Positions 59,919 to 64,000 of a stretch of 64,000 nucleotides of DNA are shown here, piece by piece. Origin of the DNA: Eubacteriales bacterium. GTDB taxonomy: Bacteria > Bacillota > Clostridia > Oscillospirales > Oscillospiraceae. Location: assembly GCA_030533415.1 (NCBI GenBank), contig JAUNJE010000009.1, positions 9,268-73,267 of the forward strand, read 5' to 3'. Under the pieces are notes generated by a model. That model was not told the origin of the DNA. It was given only the letters and a program-made list of their open reading frames with translations, and did no database searches. A program made the position numbers and the translations under genes. Positions within the stretch are counted from its first letter, which is position 1. Each line of letters begins with the position of its first letter.

Positions 59919-60050
59919 GCTTCATATGAAACAAGGCTGGGGTTCTCCCCGGCCTTGCTTTTGTGCCCCAAAGCGACGGGGTATCCCATTGCAAATGAAA
60001 GCGTTTTATCGTATAATACTTCCGACCAGTAAACGCAAAGGAGCAAGTTC

Positions 60051-60713
60051 ATGCAATACCTGATTTCCTTCCTGGAGGGCATCATCACCTTCCTCTCTCC
60101 CTGCCTGCTGCCGATGCTGCCTATTTATATCTCCTATTTCGCGGGCGGCGGTGAACGGACGGTGAAAAAGACGCTGACGGGAGCGCTGGGCTTCGTGCTG
60201 GGCTTCACGGCGGTGTTTACCGCCATGGGCGCGCTGGCGGGGACTCTGGGCAGCTTCCTGACCCGGTATCAGACCTGGGTGAATATCGTCTGCGGCCTCC
60301 TTGTCATCGCTTTTGGCCTGAACTACATGGGCCTGATCCGGATAAACCTGTTCCGGGGAATGAACCGTACCGTGAAGCAGGGAGACATGGGCTTCCTCTC
60401 CGCTGTCCTTTTTGGCATTATTTTTTCCGTGGGCTGGACGCCCTGCGTGGGAACCTTCCTGGGGTCGGCCCTGATGCTTGCCTCCCAGCAGGGCCATACG
60501 CTGGAGGGGATGGGGATGCTGCTGTGCTATTCCCTGGGACTGGGGATCCCTTTTCTGCTCAGCGCGGTGCTGATCGACCGGCTGAAATCCACATTCAATT
60601 GGATCAAGGCCCACTATGCCGTTCTCAATTTGGTGTGCGGCGGGCTGCTGGTGGCTGTGGGGGTTCTCATGGCTACGGGCATGCTGGGGCTGTTTTTGAA
60701 TCTGCTGCGTTAA
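60051..60713 (+). CDS. ccdA: Cytochrome c biogenesis / DsbD-like transmembrane protein
   Basis: FLSPCLLP and WTPCVG catalytic Cys motifs. Confidence 0.9.
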   Translation: MQYLISFLEGIITFLSPCLLPMLPIYISYFAGGGERTVKKTLTGALGFVLGFTAVFTAMGALAGTLGSFLTRYQTWVNIVCGLLVIAFGLNYMGLIRINLFRGMNRTVKQGDMGFLSAVLFGIIFSVGWTPCVGTFLGSALMLASQQGHTLEGMGMLLCYSLGLGIPFLLSAVLIDRLKSTFNWIKAHYAVLNLVCGGLLVAVGVLMATGMLGLFLNLLR

Positions 60714-60723
60714 GGAGGCCGTT

Positions 60724-61296
60724 ATGGAAAAGACCTATCAAATTTTGAAGCTGCTGATCTGGGTGCTGGTGTTTGCCGTGCTGTTTGCGGGGGCTTATGT
60801 ATTGTACAACAGGCTGGGAGCGGATTCTCTGCCCCAGAATCTGGCCACGGAGCCGGCGGAAACCGAAGGAGCGGCCAACATGGCCCCGGACTTTACCGTC
60901 TACGATGCTGAAGGCGGTGCCTACCGGCTGTCGGATTTTCAGGGGAAGCCCGTGATTTTGAATTTCTGGGCCAGCTGGTGCGGGCCATGCACCGGGGAAA
61001 TGCCGGAATTCCAGAGCTTCTATGAAACCTATGGCGAAGAGATTCACTTTGTGCTGGTAAACCTGACGGATGGCTTTCAGGAGACGGTGGAATCGGCGTC
61101 CGCCTATATCGGGGGGCAGGGGTATACCTTTCCTGTGTACTACGATACCGATGGGGATGCCGCCAGGGTCTATAGCGTCAACGCCATCCCGGCGACCTAT
61201 TTTATCGGCGCCAACGGCGGACTGGTTGCCAGAACCCAGGGGGCCTTGACTGCGGATACGCTGCAAAAGGGCGTAGATATGCTGCTGGAGCCGTGA
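60724..61296 (+). CDS. TlpA/ResA-family membrane-anchored thiol-disulfide oxidoreductase
   Basis: APDF, NFWASWCGPC, IP.TYFI. Confidence 0.92.
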   Translation: MEKTYQILKLLIWVLVFAVLFAGAYVLYNRLGADSLPQNLATEPAETEGAANMAPDFTVYDAEGGAYRLSDFQGKPVILNFWASWCGPCTGEMPEFQSFYETYGEEIHFVLVNLTDGFQETVESASAYIGGQGYTFPVYYDTDGDAARVYSVNAIPATYFIGANGGLVARTQGALTADTLQKGVDMLLEP

Positions 61297-61422
61297 CCGC
61301 GGCTGGATTGTAGGTATCAAGGTTTTTATCAGGAAACGGATTCAAAATGGGGAGCCGCGCCAGCGGCTCCCCATCTATTTGTAAAGGCACGGCATTATTT
61401 GAAAAAATTTTTGAAATGGGCA

Positions 61423-61485
61423 TTGACATTCCCCTGAGATTGTGCTATTGTATTAGTGAACTAATACACCAATACAATAATACAA
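61423..61485 (+). promoter_or_regulatory. Promoter and YtrA-type operator
   Basis: TTGACA at 61423; TGTATTAG-TGAA-CTAATACA palindrome followed by AATACA repeats. Confidence 0.65.
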
Positions 61486-61498
61486 AAAGGAGGTGCCT

Positions 61499-61870
61499 AT
61501 GAACTGGAAATTTACCGGCGACCGCCCGGTGTATCAGCAGATCATGGCGACCATACGGGGCGCGATTCTCAAGGGGGAGCTTCCTCCGGGGAGAAAGATC
61601 CCTTCCGTCCGGGACCTGGCGGCGGAGGCCCAGGTCAATCCCAATACCATGCAGCGGGCGCTGACGGAATTGGAGCGGGAGGGGCTTTTGATCAGCGGCG
61701 GCACCAGCGGACGCAGTGTCACGCAGGAGGAGAGTGTCCTGTCCGCCATGCGGGAAGCGGCGCTGCGGGAATTGGCGGTGGAATGCGCCGAAAAATTCAT
61801 GGTTTTCGGCATCACACCCACCCAGGCGGCACGGCTTTTGCAAAGTCTGGATGAGAAGAAGGAGGAATAA
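61499..61870 (+). CDS. GntR-family (YtrA subfamily) regulator
   Basis: PVYQQI, PSVRDLA...VNPNTMQRA; AGGAGG RBS. Confidence 0.93.
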   Translation: MNWKFTGDRPVYQQIMATIRGAILKGELPPGRKIPSVRDLAAEAQVNPNTMQRALTELEREGLLISGGTSGRSVTQEESVLSAMREAALRELAVECAEKFMVFGITPTQAARLLQSLDEKKEE

Positions 61871-61873
61871 CGA

Positions 61874-62587
61874 GTGGAACAATACGCATTAAAGGCCAGC
61901 GGCCTTACCATGCGCTACCACAGCGCGCTGGCCCTGGACAATCTGAATCTGGAGCTGCCCCAGGGGAAAATTATCGGCCTGCTTGGCCCCAATGGCAGCG
62001 GCAAAACCACATTTATCAAGCTGGCGGCGGGGCTTCTGACGCCTGCCGCCGGGGAAATCACCATCTGCGGTGAAAAGGTGGGAACCCGGACGAAAGCCGT
62101 CGTCTCTTACCTGCCCGACAGGCCCTATTTCAGCAAGCAGATGCGGGTGTCCCAGCAGCTGGATTTTTTCCAGGACTTTTATGAGGACTTTGACCGGGAG
62201 CGGGCCGAGCAGATGCTGTATGCCCTGGGGATTTCCCCGGAGGCCAAATTCCGCACCCTTTCCAAGGGCACCCAGGAGAAGGTGCAGCTGGTGCTGGTCA
62301 TGTCCCGCAGGGCAAAGCTGTACCTGCTGGATGAACCCATCGGCGGCGTGGACCCGGCGGCCCGGGACTACATCCTCAATACCATCATCAGCAACTACGA
62401 TCCCGACGCCACCATCCTGATCTCCACCCATCTGATTTCCGATGTGGAGCGGGTGCTGGATGAATTTCTGTTCTTACATCAGGGCCGGGTGATCCGCACC
62501 GGCAATGCCGACGAAACCAGGGAAGAAACCGGAAAATCCCTGGATGAGCTGTTCCGGGAGGTGTTCAGATGTTTGCCAAACTGTTAA
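61874..62587 (+). CDS. ABC transporter ATP-binding protein
   Basis: GPNGSGKT Walker A, LSKG, LLDEP, STH. Confidence 0.95.
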   Translation: MEQYALKASGLTMRYHSALALDNLNLELPQGKIIGLLGPNGSGKTTFIKLAAGLLTPAAGEITICGEKVGTRTKAVVSYLPDRPYFSKQMRVSQQLDFFQDFYEDFDRERAEQMLYALGISPEAKFRTLSKGTQEKVQLVLVMSRRAKLYLLDEPIGGVDPAARDYILNTIISNYDPDATILISTHLISDVERVLDEFLFLHQGRVIRTGNADETREETGKSLDELFREVFRCLPNC

Positions 62588-63384
62588 AACATGATTTTAA
62601 GTCCACTTGGGGCGTGATCGGGCTGCTGTGCCTGGTCAGCCTGGGCGCCGGTATTCTGGGCGGCGGAGCCATGCGCTACCTGGTCTGGATCGAAGGCCGG
62701 GGCGGGGAGGAAATGACCGTTCCGACGGTGCTGTGCATTCTGACCATGATCGTATCCATCCTCTTCATTGCCGTTTGCGGCGTTGGCGCCCTGTTTGCCC
62801 TGATCTGGCGTTTCTACAAAAGCCGGTTTACAGATGAAGGCTACCTGACCTTTACCCTGCCTGTGACCAGCCATCAGATCCTGCTGTCCAGCATGGTAAA
62901 CAGCGCTGTCAACATGCTGATCGTGGGCATTACCACCTTCGTGTCGGTGATGGTCTTGATGCTTTTTGGCTTTAGCGCACTGGACGGTTTTTGGACAGAT
63001 TTTTGGGAGGCGATTGCCGGAGTTATCCAGGACATAGCAAAGTCTCTGACGGGCAGAGAGATTGGCTATCTGCTGCAGATGCTCTTTACGGCCATTGCGG
63101 CTTTTGCCTGCGAGCTGGCCGTGCTGATGCTGTCGGTGACCATCGGCGCGCTGGCGGCGAAGAAGCACAAAATTTTGGCGGCTGTGGGCATCTACTATGG
63201 CATCCATCTGGCGCTTACCGTTGTCAATGCCGTTTTCGTAGGGACAGTTGTGCTCACGGAGGCGGGAAGCAGCGCCGTGGCAACCAAGCTGTTTTGGGAG
63301 CAGGGGCTGTTTGTGCTGCTGGTCGGTGTGTGCAGCTACTTCCTGATGCACTACCTGGTCAGCAAAAAGCTGAACCTGAACTGA
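62569..63384 (+). CDS. ABC-2-type transporter permease
   Basis: Six TM segments; EGYLTFTLPV motif; overlaps the ATPase end. Confidence 0.85.
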   Translation: MFAKLLKHDFKSTWGVIGLLCLVSLGAGILGGGAMRYLVWIEGRGGEEMTVPTVLCILTMIVSILFIAVCGVGALFALIWRFYKSRFTDEGYLTFTLPVTSHQILLSSMVNSAVNMLIVGITTFVSVMVLMLFGFSALDGFWTDFWEAIAGVIQDIAKSLTGREIGYLLQMLFTAIAAFACELAVLMLSVTIGALAAKKHKILAAVGIYYGIHLALTVVNAVFVGTVVLTEAGSSAVATKLFWEQGLFVLLVGVCSYFLMHYLVSKKLNLN

Positions 63385-63470
63385 CAGAAACCGGAAATGA
63401 CCTCCGGCCGGACAGCCGGAGGTCAAGAAGGCAGCTTTGTATTCGCGGCGGAAACGGAAAGGATCCCTTT

Positions 63471-64000
63471 ATGACAACCACGACTTTGAAATTGATTGCC
63501 CTGGTCCTGATGCTCATCGACCATATCGGTGAATTCATTCCCGGAATGCCGGCGTTTTTCCGGATTCTCGGCCGGGCCAGCGCTCCGGTCTTTCTCTTCT
63601 GCACGGTCTGGGGCTTTCACTATACCCACAGCCGGAAGGTCTACCTGACCCGGATGTACCTGTGCTCGGCGCTGATGGGAATTTTGGACATGATGCTGAA
63701 CCTCAGCGTTTCCCAGCCCGTCACGCCCTGCTACAACAACATTTTCTCCACACTGCTTCTCGTCTGCCTGTTTATCTGGCTGTGGGAGAAGGGGGATAGG
63801 CCCTGGAAAAAGGCGCTTTGGGTGCTCGCCTATCTGGCGCTGAATGTTGGATCACTGCTCCTGGCAAATCTGGTGGTGGCGCCATCCCTGTACGAATATT
63901 TGCCCCAGGAGGTCTATGCTGCCTGCCAGACGGCTGTGTACGGGGTGCTGCCCAATGCAGTCACCTGTGAGGGAAGCTATCTGGTTGTGGTCATGGGTCT
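63471..64000 (+). CDS. TraX-family membrane protein (partial, runs off the window)
   Basis: MTTTTLKLIALVLMLIDHIG...GRASAPVF...GF.YT.S...Y..R, NIF.TL; AAAGGA RBS. Confidence 0.8.
   Translation, partial: MTTTTLKLIALVLMLIDHIGEFIPGMPAFFRILGRASAPVFLFCTVWGFHYTHSRKVYLTRMYLCSALMGILDMMLNLSVSQPVTPCYNNIFSTLLLVCLFIWLWEKGDRPWKKALWVLAYLALNVGSLLLANLVVAPSLYEYLPQEVYAACQTAVYGVLPNAVTCEGSYLVVVMG

Noticed and set aside
63471-64000. TraX-family gene as evidence of a conjugative element
   Set aside because: TraX-like membrane proteins are commonly chromosomal, and no other transfer genes are in the window.

Overview
A 64-kb, GC-rich, Firmicutes-type chromosomal region (Clostridia/Oscillospiraceae-like, inferred from gene content, sigma-A promoters and sortase signals). 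Most of it is housekeeping or accessory metabolism: pyrC-carB, trkAH, MarR-DegV, CsoR plus a P1B-ATPase, a GH3 hydrolase, a citrate lyase cluster (LysR, citDEF, CitMHS transporter, citC, citX-G fusion, paired ChrA), a two-component system, argGHCJBDF, three MATE pumps, GNATs, a radical SAM protein, a phospho-sugar mutase, a TAXI-TRAP transporter, CcdA/TlpA and a YtrA-ABC operon. The standout is 11.8-23.3 kb, a mirror-image locus. Two divergently oriented paralogous sortase-anchored vWA surface-protein genes are each followed by a copy of a Cys-repeat/AP2-domain gene. They share three near-identical inverted homology blocks (221 bp, 107 bp, about 2.04 kb) separated by divergent cassettes. The 563-bp spacer between them holds the only consensus promoter I could find (TTGACA-17-TATAAT), which points at the left copy. 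The spacer is bounded by two inverted 28-bp dif-like sites (11-6-11). This looks like a recombinase-driven promoter-inversion switch for surface-antigen variation, with no recombinase encoded in the window. Inversion is inferred from architecture and was not observed. No rRNA, tRNA, CRISPR array or transposase was recognised.
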